In this document: one piece after another, positions 37,100 to 46,816 of the stretch
Numbering within the stretch: the stretch's first letter is position 1
How the letters are laid out: each line of letters starts with the position of its first letter
The notes under the pieces: model-generated
The model's database searches: none
The model's input: the letters and a program-made list of their open reading frames with translations, nothing else
Told to the model about the DNA's origin: nothing
Made by a program: the position numbers and the translations under genes
Assembly (NCBI GenBank): GCA_964429815.1
Contig: CAYSCM010000001.1
Location: 256,001 to 320,000 of the forward strand
Direction: 5' to 3'
Length of the DNA stretch: 64,000 nucleotides
Origin: an uncultured Candidatus Saccharibacteria bacterium
GTDB taxonomy: Bacteria; Patescibacteriota; Minisyncoccia; Phycocordibacterales; CAYSCM01

Positions 37100-37498
37100 A
37101 TGATCTTCACGTGCCTCGACCACGTCTCGGTCCTCTGTAGAGACTACGAAGTATCGAAGAAGTTTTACATCACGATCCTCGGCTTCAGGCTCATTCGTGA
37201 GGAATTCCGATGGGACCGTTTCTCCTGGAGGGGAGAATTGTCGCTTCGTGGACGCTACCTCGTCGAGCTCACCTCTCTCCCCAACGCTCCGGCACGCCTG
37301 ACTAATCCCGAAGCAACGGGCGGTAGGCACCTGGCGTTTGCATGCGGAGATTTCGACAGTGCCCTCGCACATTTGCGGGAGCGTTGTTCGGTTGAGAGCG
37401 TGCGTTTTGACGCCTTGCGAAAGCGGAGGTTCACGTTCTTTTTTGATCCGGACGGATTGCCCACCGAACTTGTCGAAGCGAAAAGGCCTCACGTATAG
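37100..37498 (+). CDS. VOC/glyoxalase family protein
   Basis: GGAG RBS; glyoxalase-like beta-alpha-beta-beta-beta pattern (MIFTCLDHVSVLCRDYEVSKKFYITILGF). Confidence 0.6.
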   Translation: MIFTCLDHVSVLCRDYEVSKKFYITILGFRLIREEFRWDRFSWRGELSLRGRYLVELTSLPNAPARLTNPEATGGRHLAFACGDFDSALAHLRERCSVESVRFDALRKRRFTFFFDPDGLPTELVEAKRPHV

Positions 37499-37508
37499 GG
37501 GCCTTTTT

Positions 37509-37865
37509 TCAGTCTTCAGGCGGGTACATCTCGTGTTTGATCGCCCGGAGCTTCGCGATCACGTCGGGATCAGTGATGCGCATGAAACGCTCGACCTCAT
37601 CACCGTCCTTTTTGGCCGCCTCGTAGAACATGTGAAGCGGTCGGTTATCGAACATCTTGCCGAGTTTGTATACCGTAGCCTCTTTGTACAAAGGTCTGTA
37701 ATTAAGCATGAACTGATCGATTGGCCGGCAGTCTTCTTCAGTATGGTGGCCGACGCCGTAGATGTAATAGGCGTAATTGTTAATCGCCCCCGCAGGATCG
37801 TGTTTGTAGTGGTAATAGTAGCCGGGCTCCGGCACTTTTTCTGGTGGTTGCGGATTGTTGCTCAT
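37509..37865 (-). CDS. DUF1653 family protein
   Basis: YYHYKHD...Y.YGVGHHTEE...YRPLY...MF pattern of DUF1653. Confidence 0.55.
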   Translation of the reverse strand: MSNNPQPPEKVPEPGYYYHYKHDPAGAINNYAYYIYGVGHHTEEDCRPIDQFMLNYRPLYKEATVYKLGKMFDNRPLHMFYEAAKKDGDEVERFMRITDPDVIAKLRAIKHEMYPPED

Positions 37866-37946
37866 GTGAAATTTCCTGTTGCCCCTCCAACCTTACTTCA
37901 GAATTTTAAAATACAAAACTCGCCATCGAACGTGTTTTGTGTTCGG

Positions 37947-37965
37947 GTAGAGAGGGGTGGAATCA
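37947..37965. repeat. degenerate copy of tmRNA 3' end (att-like)
   Basis: GTAGAGAGGGGTGGAATCA vs GTAGAGATGGGCGGAATCG (16/18). Confidence 0.35.
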
Positions 37966-38027
37966 TAGGGATATTCCTAACCACCTTAACGTGATATATT
38001 TCGATAAAGTTTTATCCTCCTGACTGA

Positions 38028-38564
38028 ATGCAAAAAAATATATACATAATCACTGGCGGACCTGGGTCTGGAAAAACGAGTATGATCGAGGAATTGAAGA
38101 AGCAGGGATTTAATGGCTCTGAAGAATTATCAAGGCAATTTATTAAGGAGCAGATACAGACGAAAGGGAGGTTACTTCCCTGGGTCGATAGATTGGGATA
38201 CAGCGAAGAGATGCTCAAAAGAAGAGTGAATCAGCATGAAAAAACCTCTTCCAGTGATTTATGGTTTTTTGATAGAGGAATTCCGGACTTAATTGCCTAT
38301 ATAAGAAAAGATAAGCTTAGCGTGCCCGAGATCTTCTATGTCTCAGCAAAAGAGTACAGGTACAATCACATTGTATTTTTAACACCTCCCTGGAAAGACA
38401 TATACGAAAACGATTCTGAACGAAGAGAAACTTTTGAGGAGGCAAAAAAAATTCACGCCGAGATTGTGAGCACCTACCTAAACCTAGGATATGAAACCCA
38501 TACTGTACCAAAGGGCACCATTGACGAGAGGGTCAGTTGGGTTTTGAATCTCGTCGGCGGCTGA
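38028..38564 (+). CDS. P-loop NTPase (AAA_28-like ATPase), in AT-rich segment
   Basis: IYIITGGPGSGKTS Walker A; locally much lower GC than surroundings. Confidence 0.7.
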   Translation: MQKNIYIITGGPGSGKTSMIEELKKQGFNGSEELSRQFIKEQIQTKGRLLPWVDRLGYSEEMLKRRVNQHEKTSSSDLWFFDRGIPDLIAYIRKDKLSVPEIFYVSAKEYRYNHIVFLTPPWKDIYENDSERRETFEEAKKIHAEIVSTYLNLGYETHTVPKGTIDERVSWVLNLVGG

Positions 38565-38633
38565 AGTTATCAAACTGAAAAATCCTCCAATACCCCAGGG
38601 CTTTTCGAGGTCTTTGTCAGTGAAACTCCTAGA

Positions 38634-38660
38634 TGTAGAGATGGGCGGAATCGACATACC
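38634..38660. repeat. partial duplicate of tmRNA 3' end (att-like)
   Basis: GAGATGGGCGGAATCGA identical to ssrA 3'-terminal 17 nt, ~155 bp downstream of ssrA. Confidence 0.5.
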
Positions 38661-38780
38661 AAGTCACTAATTCGCTTCGCTCATAAGTGCTTGCCGGCCC
38701 TCCTCGCCGTCGCGAAGCGACATGGCTCCGGCCGTTCGATTCCGACGAATGTGCCACATTCTCCAACAAAGGCAAAAGAA

Positions 38781-38812
38781 AAAACCGGCACAAAGCCGGT
38801 TTTTCTTTTGCT
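38781..38812. terminator. terminator after ssrA
   Basis: AAACCGGC-acaaa-GCCGGTTT with flanking A/T runs. Confidence 0.7.
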
Positions 38813-38813
38813 G

Positions 38814-39183
38814 TGGAGATGGGCGGAATCGAACCGCCGTGCAAAATAGGGTAAACGCGTTTCTACACTATCTAGTCTGCTCTCAATTCTCGAAGTTATG
38901 CGTTAAGAGCAAACAAAATCGCATACCTTCCAGTCTCGTAGTTTAGACGCGCTCGTGAGACACCAAATGCGTCGAGTCCGGAAATATTACACCCAAGAGT
39001 GCCTAACAGACTTCAACAAGCTGGATGGGATTAGGCCGTCGCGTAAGCGAAGGAGAAATCCTTTGCCGAAAAATACGGCGAAGTAACTGATTTTGCAGTT
39101 ATTTTTTCAGGATTTTAAGGAAGGTCCTGACTTCCACAGTGCACGTTAGTTTACGGATTATTTTGTCTAGGCCGATCATCCCC
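38814..39183 (-). ncRNA. ssrA: tmRNA (transfer-messenger RNA)
   Basis: 5' GGGGATG / 3' CATCTCC-A acceptor with G3-U70 wobble, T-arm GGCGGTTCGATTCCGCC, internal tag ORF GCA AAG GAT TTC TCC TTC GCT TAC GCG ACG GCC TAA (AKDFSFAYATA*); adjacent smpB. Confidence 0.75.
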
Positions 39184-39259
39184 GAGGAGGGCACGAGCGT
39201 GTTTCAGCGATTCACGTGTTTTGTTGAGGAGGCAAGTTTAACGCTTGCCTCTATTTTCT

Positions 39260-39385
39260 TTAGGTGGAACGTTTCCCTTTCACTGCAAGGTACAAGACCA
39301 TGATGAGACCTACTGCTAGCAGTACTCCCCACCCGAAAACGATGTTCTCGCTCACCCATATGAGATGAGCATTGAGATCGCACAT
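39260..39385 (-). CDS. possible 41-aa membrane peptide
   Basis: GGAGGTA RBS 4 nt upstream of ATG; single TM helix; speculative. Confidence 0.25.
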   Translation of the reverse strand: MCDLNAHLIWVSENIVFGWGVLLAVGLIMVLYLAVKGKRST

Positions 39386-39441
39386 GACTACCTCCAAGTT
39401 TCCTCAACAAAACACGCAACTCACGCCCTCTTTGGGAAGGC

Positions 39442-39891
39442 CTAGTATTCTTTTTTCAACGAACGCCCTATGTCTCTCTGCGCCTCGCGCTTCTTCATAT
39501 CTTGACGTTTGTCATGGAGTTTCTTACCACGCACGACCGCGATGGAGACCTTTATCTTGCGAGCCTTACCATACATCGAAATAGGCACTATTGTCAAGCC
39601 CTTTTTGCTCTCAAACCCCAGAAGCCGGGAGATTTCCGTGCGGGTAAGGAGAAGTTTTCGTGTGCGTTCCTGATCGTAGTTCTCGGGGGTGTTCTTCGGC
39701 TGGTAGGGCGGGAGCTGCATGCCAACGAGGTATGCTTCATTGCCGCGCACGACGATGCGCGCACCTTCCAGTTTTCCGCGCCCTTCGCGCAAGCTCTTTA
39801 CCTCAAGACCCAGCAATTCGATACCCGCCTCTAAGGTTTCGAGTATCTCGTAGGTCAGGCGCACTTTTTTGTTTTCGACCAAGGCGGCCAT
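39442..39891 (-). CDS. smpB: SsrA-binding protein SmpB
   Basis: KLEGARIVVRGNEAYLVGMQLPPY...GKARKIKVSIAVVRGKK SmpB. Confidence 0.9.
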   Translation of the reverse strand: MAALVENKKVRLTYEILETLEAGIELLGLEVKSLREGRGKLEGARIVVRGNEAYLVGMQLPPYQPKNTPENYDQERTRKLLLTRTEISRLLGFESKKGLTIVPISMYGKARKIKVSIAVVRGKKLHDKRQDMKKREAQRDIGRSLKKEY

Positions 39892-39988
39892 GCCCCCGAC
39901 TATAGCATTTTTCCTCAGGGAACCCTACCCAAATGCCGATTTTTGTTTTCTAGTATTTTCAGTCCTTTTGTGTATACTACTAGTCTCT

Positions 39989-41947
39989 ATGCCTCCGATG
40001 GGAGATCAAAAAGAGAAAAAAGGCGATAAAAAGCGTAATCCACGTCGTCCACTCTTTCCGCTTCCGGGAGGGGGTGGGTTGTGGGCCAATCTTTTTACCG
40101 CGCTCCTTATTTTTCTCCTGCTCGCCAGCATCTACTCATTCTTTGCGGGAAGCGCCGGCAACCCCGAGAATATTCCCCTTTCGCAGCTTGCCACCGACAT
40201 CACGGCGGGGAAGGTGAGCAGCATCGTTGTTTCTGGCGACGATCTCAAGATCACCTACGCGGACAAAAGCGAGAAAGCTTCGAAAAAGGAATCGGGCACC
40301 GCGCTCACGCAGACCCTCGATAACTACGGAGTCACCCCTGACGCGCTTCGGAAAGTTTCCATCTCGATCGAGAATCAGTCCGGGTTCCGTTTTTGGTTCC
40401 TCGAGCTTTCGCCCTTTATCCTCCCGCTCATTTTTATCGTCGCTCTCTTCTGGTTCCTTTCGCGACAGGTGCGTGGCGCGGGCATGCAAGCCTTTACGTT
40501 CGGCCAGAGCAAAGCGCGCATGATCGATCCCAATGACAAAAATCAGCGGGTGACTTTCAAAGACGTCGCTGGTGCCAAGGAGGCGAAAGAAGAGCTTACC
40601 GAAATAGTTGACTTCCTGCGCAACCCTAAGAAATTCCTCGACATCGGCGCGCGCATTCCGAAAGGGCTTCTCCTCATGGGCGCCCCGGGAACAGGGAAGA
40701 CCTTGCTTGCTCGCGCGGTCGCAGGTGAGGCAGGCGTGCCCTTCTTTACCATCTCCGGAAGCGAGTTCGTCGAAATGTTCGTCGGCGTCGGCGCCTCCCG
40801 CGTGCGCGACCTTTTCGCGATGGCTAAGCGCGCCGCTCCGGCCATTATTTTCGTCGATGAGATCGACGCTGTGGGGCGCGTGCGCGGCACCGGGGTCGGC
40901 GGCGGCAACGATGAACGCGAACAGACGCTGAATCAAATCCTCGTCGAAATGGACGGCTTTGAACCGAATGAAAAGGTGATCGTCATGGCTGCGACCAATC
41001 GTCCCGATGTACTCGATCCTGCACTCCTTCGCCCCGGTCGCTTCGATCGCCGCGTCGTCATCGACCTTCCCGATCGCTCCGACCGCGAGGAAATTCTCAA
41101 AATCCACGCACGCAAAAAGCCGCTCGCTGAAGATGTGAATCTCACGACGGTCGCCGAGCGAACGCCCGGCTTTTCAGGAGCCGATCTCTACTCGCTTATG
41201 AACGAGGGTGCCATTTTAGCCGCCCGCGAGAATAGGAAGCGCGTCTCGCAGTTCGACCTTATCCGCTCTATCGAGAAGGTGATGCTGGGGCCTGAGCGCA
41301 AGAGCCACCTTCTTAATAAAAAAGAGAAGGAAATAACTGCGTACCACGAAGCCGGACACGCCCTTGTCTCCTCAATTCTCCCGTATTCAGATCCAGTCCA
41401 TAAAATCTCGATCATTTCTCGTGGTCGCGCGGCAGGGTACACGCTCAAGCTTCCGTTTGAAGAGACGAAAATGCAGTCACGTCGTGAGTTTCTCGATGAC
41501 ATTGCCGTCTCCCTCGGCGGCTACATAGCGGAGCGTATTGTTTTCGGCGATCTCACGACCGGCCCAAGCAACGACCTCCAAGTTTTGACGGCGCTTGCGC
41601 GCAACATGGTCACCAAGTACGGCATGAGCGAAAAAATGGGACCCGTCGCACTCGAGGGCGAGGGAGGGGCTCTCTTTGGTGCGGGTGTAGGAAGCAAGGA
41701 GTACTCTGAGCGCGTCTCCGCGGAAGTGGATGCCGAAGTGAAAGGCATCATCGATGGGGCCTACAAGAAAGCAGAGACCACCATTAATGAACATCGCCAG
41801 CTCCTTGATGCTATTGCTAAGCGCCTCATCGAAGTCGAGACAATCGAACGCGATGACTTTGAAAAAATTCTCATTACGCACGGCGTGACGCCGAAGAAAA
41901 AAGACGAGCGCATTGATACGACCGAGACGCTCGTCATTCGAGACTAG
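39989..41947 (+). CDS. ftsH: ATP-dependent zinc metalloprotease FtsH
   Basis: GAPGTGKT Walker A, HEAGHAL zinc motif, N-terminal TM; start trimmed. Confidence 0.9.
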   Translation: MPPMGDQKEKKGDKKRNPRRPLFPLPGGGGLWANLFTALLIFLLLASIYSFFAGSAGNPENIPLSQLATDITAGKVSSIVVSGDDLKITYADKSEKASKKESGTALTQTLDNYGVTPDALRKVSISIENQSGFRFWFLELSPFILPLIFIVALFWFLSRQVRGAGMQAFTFGQSKARMIDPNDKNQRVTFKDVAGAKEAKEELTEIVDFLRNPKKFLDIGARIPKGLLLMGAPGTGKTLLARAVAGEAGVPFFTISGSEFVEMFVGVGASRVRDLFAMAKRAAPAIIFVDEIDAVGRVRGTGVGGGNDEREQTLNQILVEMDGFEPNEKVIVMAATNRPDVLDPALLRPGRFDRRVVIDLPDRSDREEILKIHARKKPLAEDVNLTTVAERTPGFSGADLYSLMNEGAILAARENRKRVSQFDLIRSIEKVMLGPERKSHLLNKKEKEITAYHEAGHALVSSILPYSDPVHKISIISRGRAAGYTLKLPFEETKMQSRREFLDDIAVSLGGYIAERIVFGDLTTGPSNDLQVLTALARNMVTKYGMSEKMGPVALEGEGGALFGAGVGSKEYSERVSAEVDAEVKGIIDGAYKKAETTINEHRQLLDAIAKRLIEVETIERDDFEKILITHGVTPKKKDERIDTTETLVIRD

Positions 41948-41954
41948 ATAAAAA

Positions 41955-41981
41955 AGCGGCCGCGACTCTCGTCGCGGCCGT
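41955..41981. terminator. hairpin terminator between convergent ftsH and minus gene
   Basis: GCGGCCGCGAC-tctc-GTCGCGGCCG. Confidence 0.6.
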
Positions 41982-41987
41982 CGTCGC

Positions 41988-42500
41988 TCAGGCGGCTTTC
42001 TTCTTCCGCATCTCCTCGATATCCTTGAGGATCACCTTGGGGATCTTGGGGTTGCCGTTGCGGTAGACGAATCGGAGCGCCTTGGCCCGCATCTGCGCAA
42101 TTTTCTGCACCGCTTTCTCGGAGAGGACTTCTACCGGATCGACGTGCTTTTCCCGCTCGTCAGCATACTTCACCGCAAATCGAATGACTTGTGCCATCGT
42201 GAGCGGCCGCTTTTGCTTCTGCAACTCCGCGATAATGAAAGGAGAACCTGAGACGCTCACTCCGAGAAGCGTGTTCTTCCGAAAACCGTGAAGATGGAGC
42301 ACGACGCTCCCATCGAAGGCGCGGTCCTCCACGTCTGTCTTATTGCGGTTTCGCCAGGGCATAAGTGTGAGCTCCTCAAAAAACGGCATCGCGAAGAAGT
42401 TGGTCGAAGGTGGTACGCGCGGGATCTGCCGCATGATCTCGGCGATCCCAGGGAAACCAACGAGACTAACGGTTTCCACGCGAGTTTTCTTTGTGCGCAT
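41988..42500 (-). CDS. hypothetical protein (170 aa), possible C-terminal HTH
   Basis: AGGAGAG RBS upstream of ATG at 42500. Confidence 0.5.
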   Translation of the reverse strand: MRTKKTRVETVSLVGFPGIAEIMRQIPRVPPSTNFFAMPFFEELTLMPWRNRNKTDVEDRAFDGSVVLHLHGFRKNTLLGVSVSGSPFIIAELQKQKRPLTMAQVIRFAVKYADEREKHVDPVEVLSEKAVQKIAQMRAKALRFVYRNGNPKIPKVILKDIEEMRKKKAA

Positions 42501-42732
42501 TGCTCTCTCCTGTTTTCTGGTCTCCAGAAAGGATACCCAGGCAGAAAAACTAATCAAGTACTTAAAGGAAGGCGAAAAAGGCTGCAACCGCTGCAATCTG
42601 CACCGCTTTAAGGACGGCACCTATAAAAATAAGTTGTTTCGCCTTTTTCTTGCTCACGTTTATGTAAACGTAGAGAGAGGCGTTTCGTTACAAATTCCTG
42701 ATTTACATGATGTGCGCTATAGTCCCGAGGAT

Positions 42733-42805
42733 GGGCGTGTAGCTCAACGGTTAGAGCACCAAGCTTATACCTTGGTGGTTCCTGGTTCGAATCCAGGCAC
42801 GCCCA
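42733..42805 (+). tRNA. tRNA-Ile with anticodon TAT (UAU)
   Basis: cloverleaf: acceptor GGGCGTG/CACGCCC, D-arm GCTC..GAGC, anticodon stem CCAAG/CTTGG loop CTTATAC, T-arm CCTGG TTCGAAT CCAGG; no encoded CCA. Confidence 0.8.
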
Positions 42806-44956
42806 CTATTCGAAGTGAAGGTTGGCAGACGCTTCGGCGGCTTTTGTAGCGACGTGTGGGTACTTAGCGAGGGTAGGATCCTCCTCAACAAGCGCCTCGG
42901 CCTCCGTGCGGGCCGCCTCTACCATTTTGAGATTGCTCATCGCTTCCATCGCGATATCCGAGATGCCCCACTGACGCCCTCCGCCGAGCTCGCCCGCACC
43001 ACGCAGCTTGAGATCAAATTCGGCGAGTTCAAAGCCATTTTTTGCTGTTTTGATGGCGCGTAAACGATCCGTGGTCTGCTTTCCCTTAGAATCCGCAAAC
43101 ACGTAGCAATATGCTTGATGTGTGGAGCGAAGCACGCGGCCACGAAGCTGGTGGAGTTGGGCCAGTCCAAAACGTTCCGCCCCCTCGATGACAATTACCG
43201 TCGCATTCGGAACATTCACGCCCACCTCGACAACCGACGTTGCAACCAATATCTGGATTTTATTCGCAGCGAATTGCTCCATAACGGAGTCCTTGTCCGA
43301 CGCACTCATTTTGCTGTGGAGTATGCCAACATCGAATTCCGGAAATACTTCATCAGCGAGGCGTTTCGCCTCTTTTTTCACCGATTTAGCGAGAAGAGCG
43401 AGCTCCTTGGTGGGATCGGGCTCGTCAATGCGCGGGCAAATGACGTAGGCTTGGCGGCCCGCTTTGAGCTCGGAGCGGATTTTTTCGTAGACACTTTCGC
43501 GCTCACTTGGTGCGACGATTTCTGTCACTATCGGCTTGCGTCCCGCGGGCATCTCGTCGAGGAGTGAGAGGTCGAGATCGCCGTAAATGGTAAGGGCAAG
43601 TGTGCGGGGGATGGGGGTCGCCGTCATAGAGAGAAGGTGAGGTGCAATGTCGTCCTTACGTACCAGTTTTTTCCGCTCCCTCGTGCCGAAGCGATGCTGC
43701 TCGTCGATGATGACGTAGGCAAGATTCTTAAATTTAACCGCCTTTTGAATGAGAGCGTGGGTGCCGATGAGGATGGGTATTTCGCCATTAGCGACCCACC
43801 TGAGAAGCTGTGCGCGGGAGATATCCGTAGCACCCTCGCGGTTAACTTTTGAGGGGAACTTTTTACAGCCCGAGCTCGTGAGGAGGCCGATGTTGATGGG
43901 AAGGTGCTTAAATAGCGCTATGAAAGATTCAAAGTGCTGCTTGGCGAGGATTTCGGTCGGTACCATGTAGGCGACCTGAAGATTGCCAAAATTCTGCCCC
44001 GCCGGTCGGGTCATCACGGTGGCGTACGCGGTCGCAGCGGCAACCGCGGTTTTCCCCGACCCCACATCGCCCTCGAGAAGGCGCGACATAGGGTGTCCCG
44101 ATTTCATATCAGACACAATGTTTTCAATAGATTTTTTTTGTGCACCGGTGAGGGGGAAAGAAAAGCGTGACGTAAATTCACTGATGTCGCGCTGCTCGAG
44201 TGCAATTTTGAACGATTGATGGTGTTCGTACTCACGACGCTCCTTAAACTTTCCGACCTGAATAAAAAATACTTCCTCAAAGGCGAAGCGCTTTTTTGCC
44301 GAAATTGAATCCCTAAGCGTTTTTGGGGTGTGGATCCACACCAGAGCGGCGGCTTTGGTGGGGAGGTGGTAGCGCTCGATGATCTCGGCGGGAATTGGGT
44401 CGACGATTTTCTCCAGAATGCCGCTTTTGAGGACACGGTCGATGGCATAGTAGAACCACTTCGAGGTGATGCCTCGGCTCTCGGGGTAGATGGGGTAGAG
44501 GCTCGAGGCGCTCATATCGGAAAACATGGGCCCCGTGCCGGCCTCGTTTATGTGAGCGGCTTCGATTTCGGGATTACCAAAGTACACACCCGATTTTCCC
44601 GAGCCGACTTTGCCGGCAATTTTTACAAAACTCCCGTCGGGATGCATTTTCGCGATGTAGGGCTGGTTGAACCAAATGAGTTTGACCTTGCCGCTCCCGT
44701 CCTCGAGGTAGCCCTCCGCAATGGGGACCTTGGAGCGGAAGGCGCGGCGTGTTTTGGGCCCTTTGAGAACGCCGTAGAGCGTTGCGGCCTCACCCGGGGC
44801 GAGCGTCGCCACCGTCTTCGTCCTCCCTAAATTTTCGTAGCGGGTCGGGTAGTGGGAGAGGAGGTCGTCGATCGTTGCGATGCTGAGTTTCCTGTGGGCC
44901 CGTTTTTGGACTTCTGAAATACGAAAATGTTTCTCGACGGCGTCGGTGAGTTCCAT
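42806..44956 (-). CDS. recG: ATP-dependent DNA helicase RecG
   Basis: wedge domain plus DEQHRFG and helicase motifs. Confidence 0.9.
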   Translation of the reverse strand: MELTDAVEKHFRISEVQKRAHRKLSIATIDDLLSHYPTRYENLGRTKTVATLAPGEAATLYGVLKGPKTRRAFRSKVPIAEGYLEDGSGKVKLIWFNQPYIAKMHPDGSFVKIAGKVGSGKSGVYFGNPEIEAAHINEAGTGPMFSDMSASSLYPIYPESRGITSKWFYYAIDRVLKSGILEKIVDPIPAEIIERYHLPTKAAALVWIHTPKTLRDSISAKKRFAFEEVFFIQVGKFKERREYEHHQSFKIALEQRDISEFTSRFSFPLTGAQKKSIENIVSDMKSGHPMSRLLEGDVGSGKTAVAAATAYATVMTRPAGQNFGNLQVAYMVPTEILAKQHFESFIALFKHLPINIGLLTSSGCKKFPSKVNREGATDISRAQLLRWVANGEIPILIGTHALIQKAVKFKNLAYVIIDEQHRFGTRERKKLVRKDDIAPHLLSMTATPIPRTLALTIYGDLDLSLLDEMPAGRKPIVTEIVAPSERESVYEKIRSELKAGRQAYVICPRIDEPDPTKELALLAKSVKKEAKRLADEVFPEFDVGILHSKMSASDKDSVMEQFAANKIQILVATSVVEVGVNVPNATVIVIEGAERFGLAQLHQLRGRVLRSTHQAYCYVFADSKGKQTTDRLRAIKTAKNGFELAEFDLKLRGAGELGGGRQWGISDIAMEAMSNLKMVEAARTEAEALVEEDPTLAKYPHVATKAAEASANLHFE

Positions 44957-45020
44957 GGGCCCTAGTATACGTTGGATAGGGAGGTTGTGAGAGGAGCGGG
45001 AATGACGCTACGATGGGGTA

Positions 45021-45509
45021 ATGAAACTCGAAGGCGGTGCGCCGGAGCGTCCCCGGATGGAACTGCGTAAATTAATACCTAAGACAGACTCGGAAGAGAG
45101 CTCGCTCTCTTCCGGACCTCTTTCCCCGATGGCGAAGCTCGTCCAGGAGATCCGCAAGGCGCCAAAGGGTGCCAAGGCGCCACAACCACATGAGCGACTG
45201 GAGAAGGAGCGTCCAGCACCTGCCAATATCAACTACGAGATAATCACCAACTGGGTCAGTCGGGTCACAACGGTAGACGATATCAAAAACTTACTCCAGG
45301 GTCTCTATGAAAAGCCCCTCGGCGATCCGAGCGACGAAGGACACTACCCCGGCTACCCGTGGGATGAAAACCCCGACGATATCATCGGCGCGCTCACGAC
45401 ATATCTCGCGAGCGAGCGTACCGACGAGGCTGCGCTTGAGCGCATACCGCAGGAGTGTGGTCTGCGCAAGAAGGTCGTCGAGCTAGTGCCGCCACAAACG
45501 GTGCATTAG
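45021..45509 (+). CDS. hypothetical protein
   Basis: ORF only. Confidence 0.35.
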   Translation: MKLEGGAPERPRMELRKLIPKTDSEESSLSSGPLSPMAKLVQEIRKAPKGAKAPQPHERLEKERPAPANINYEIITNWVSRVTTVDDIKNLLQGLYEKPLGDPSDEGHYPGYPWDENPDDIIGALTTYLASERTDEAALERIPQECGLRKKVVELVPPQTVH

Positions 45510-45571
45510 GAAAAAGACAAAAAAGTGTTATTGTTGGCGGTGAGAGGAGTTCTTCGCTAAGGAGAACGACG

Positions 45572-45823
45572 ATGACTATCATCCCCGACCCAGCTGTCGA
45601 GTTCCTCGAACTCGCGAAGCAGTCAATACAGACGACAGACCACTTCCACATGGCATGCCGCCTGGCGTCTCTCCACGATTTCGGCTCTGAAGGTAATAAG
45701 CTCGTGCATAGGGGACTCTGTGAGATCGGGGAGGGAGTTCTCGAGCGCATCCGCACCGACTTCGAGGCTGAGCTCGGCGCGCTAGCGCTTGCAAAAGCCG
45801 CGAGGTTCAAAATCGCGGCGTAA
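45572..45823 (+). CDS. hypothetical small protein (83 aa)
   Basis: AAGGAG RBS upstream of ATG 45572; followed by terminator. Confidence 0.45.
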   Translation: MTIIPDPAVEFLELAKQSIQTTDHFHMACRLASLHDFGSEGNKLVHRGLCEIGEGVLERIRTDFEAELGALALAKAARFKIAA

Positions 45824-45830
45824 AAAAACA

Positions 45831-45863
45831 AAGCCGCCGGTTCCTGACCGGCGGCTTTTTGTC
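45831..45863. terminator. bidirectional terminator
   Basis: AAGCCGCCGG-ttcctgac-CGGCGGCTT with A-run/T-run. Confidence 0.75.
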
Positions 45864-46230
45864 AGCTTGCTTTAGAGTGTCTTGCATCAAGCGCTAGCGC
45901 TAGCGCCATCGCGGCGATCGAGATGTCCCGGAAGAGGACAACAAACTGCGCACCGTTGAAGATTACGATCGCGGCGAGCATGAAGGTGGCAAGAGCGCAG
46001 GGGATGAGTATGCGCCAGCCCGAGAGGATCCAGAGAGCAATCACCACTTCAACAACTTCGAAGAGAGTGAGGAGTGTTGTGTCGGCGACGTAGCCGCGCA
46101 CGAGCTCAGGAAAGTAGCCTGTCCAACCACTCGGATCTCCTCCGAAGATCCACACTGACAGCGGCGGATAAAGAAACGCAAACGCGACGCCGGTGCGAAG
46201 GAGGAGCGAAGTGCGTTTATCCATATGCAC
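45862..46230 (-). CDS. DoxX family membrane protein
   Basis: four TM helices, DoxX-like. Confidence 0.55.
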   Translation of the reverse strand: MHMDKRTSLLLRTGVAFAFLYPPLSVWIFGGDPSGWTGYFPELVRGYVADTTLLTLFEVVEVVIALWILSGWRILIPCALATFMLAAIVIFNGAQFVVLFRDISIAAMALALALDARHSKAS

Positions 46231-46250
46231 TTAGTATCGCACGGCGGATT

Positions 46251-46772
46251 CTACTGCACGACGATGGTGCACTTCTGACTGGCGCGCAGGTGGTTGTGAC
46301 AGCCCCACTTTCCGGCATAACTGAAAGTAAAGTCGAAGTACTGTCCGGGCCCGAGCGCTTTGCAAGCGTCGAAGGAGCTTCCGAGACAATCTGAAGCGCT
46401 CTTTTGCGGGTAGAGCGAGTGTGTGGGATGAATGTCCGAGGCTGGCCAGAAGGATGCCGAGGTATCGTTGTTCATAAAACGCACCGTCTGGCCTTTTTTG
46501 ATCGTAATGGTTGTCGGGTTGAAGCCACTTGTGCTCCAATCCACCATGGCATCGTAGCCTTGCGTGTTGGTCGAGGAGCTCTCGTTTCCTGTCACGGTGC
46601 CGGTCTCCATGCCACTTCCCGTGGGGCCTCCTGGGGTATAGTCGGAGCCTCCGGAGGTTGTTTGCGTCTGCCCCGACGGAGAGGGGGAGGCGGTATTTTG
46701 GGAAATGAGGTACCAACCGCCTACGACGATGATAACGAGTATGACGATGATCCAAAGGGTACGCGTGCTCAT
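46251..46772 (-). CDS. secreted cupredoxin-like domain protein
   Basis: N-terminal TM anchor, Ser/Thr/Gly linker, C-terminal plastocyanin-like pattern (..ITIKKGQTVRFMNND...H..C..H). Confidence 0.5.
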   Translation of the reverse strand: MSTRTLWIIVILVIIVVGGWYLISQNTASPSPSGQTQTTSGGSDYTPGGPTGSGMETGTVTGNESSSTNTQGYDAMVDWSTSGFNPTTITIKKGQTVRFMNNDTSASFWPASDIHPTHSLYPQKSASDCLGSSFDACKALGPGQYFDFTFSYAGKWGCHNHLRASQKCTIVVQ

Positions 46773-46816
46773 GGAATGGACAAGGTTAATGAAAAAGAAG
46801 CCTTAGTATACCAAAT

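Noticed and set aside
38725-38745. GTTCGATTCC T-loop-like 10-mer on the plus strand near ssrA
   Set aside because: There is no flanking T-stem or acceptor complementarity. It looks like a chance match rather than a tRNA fragment.
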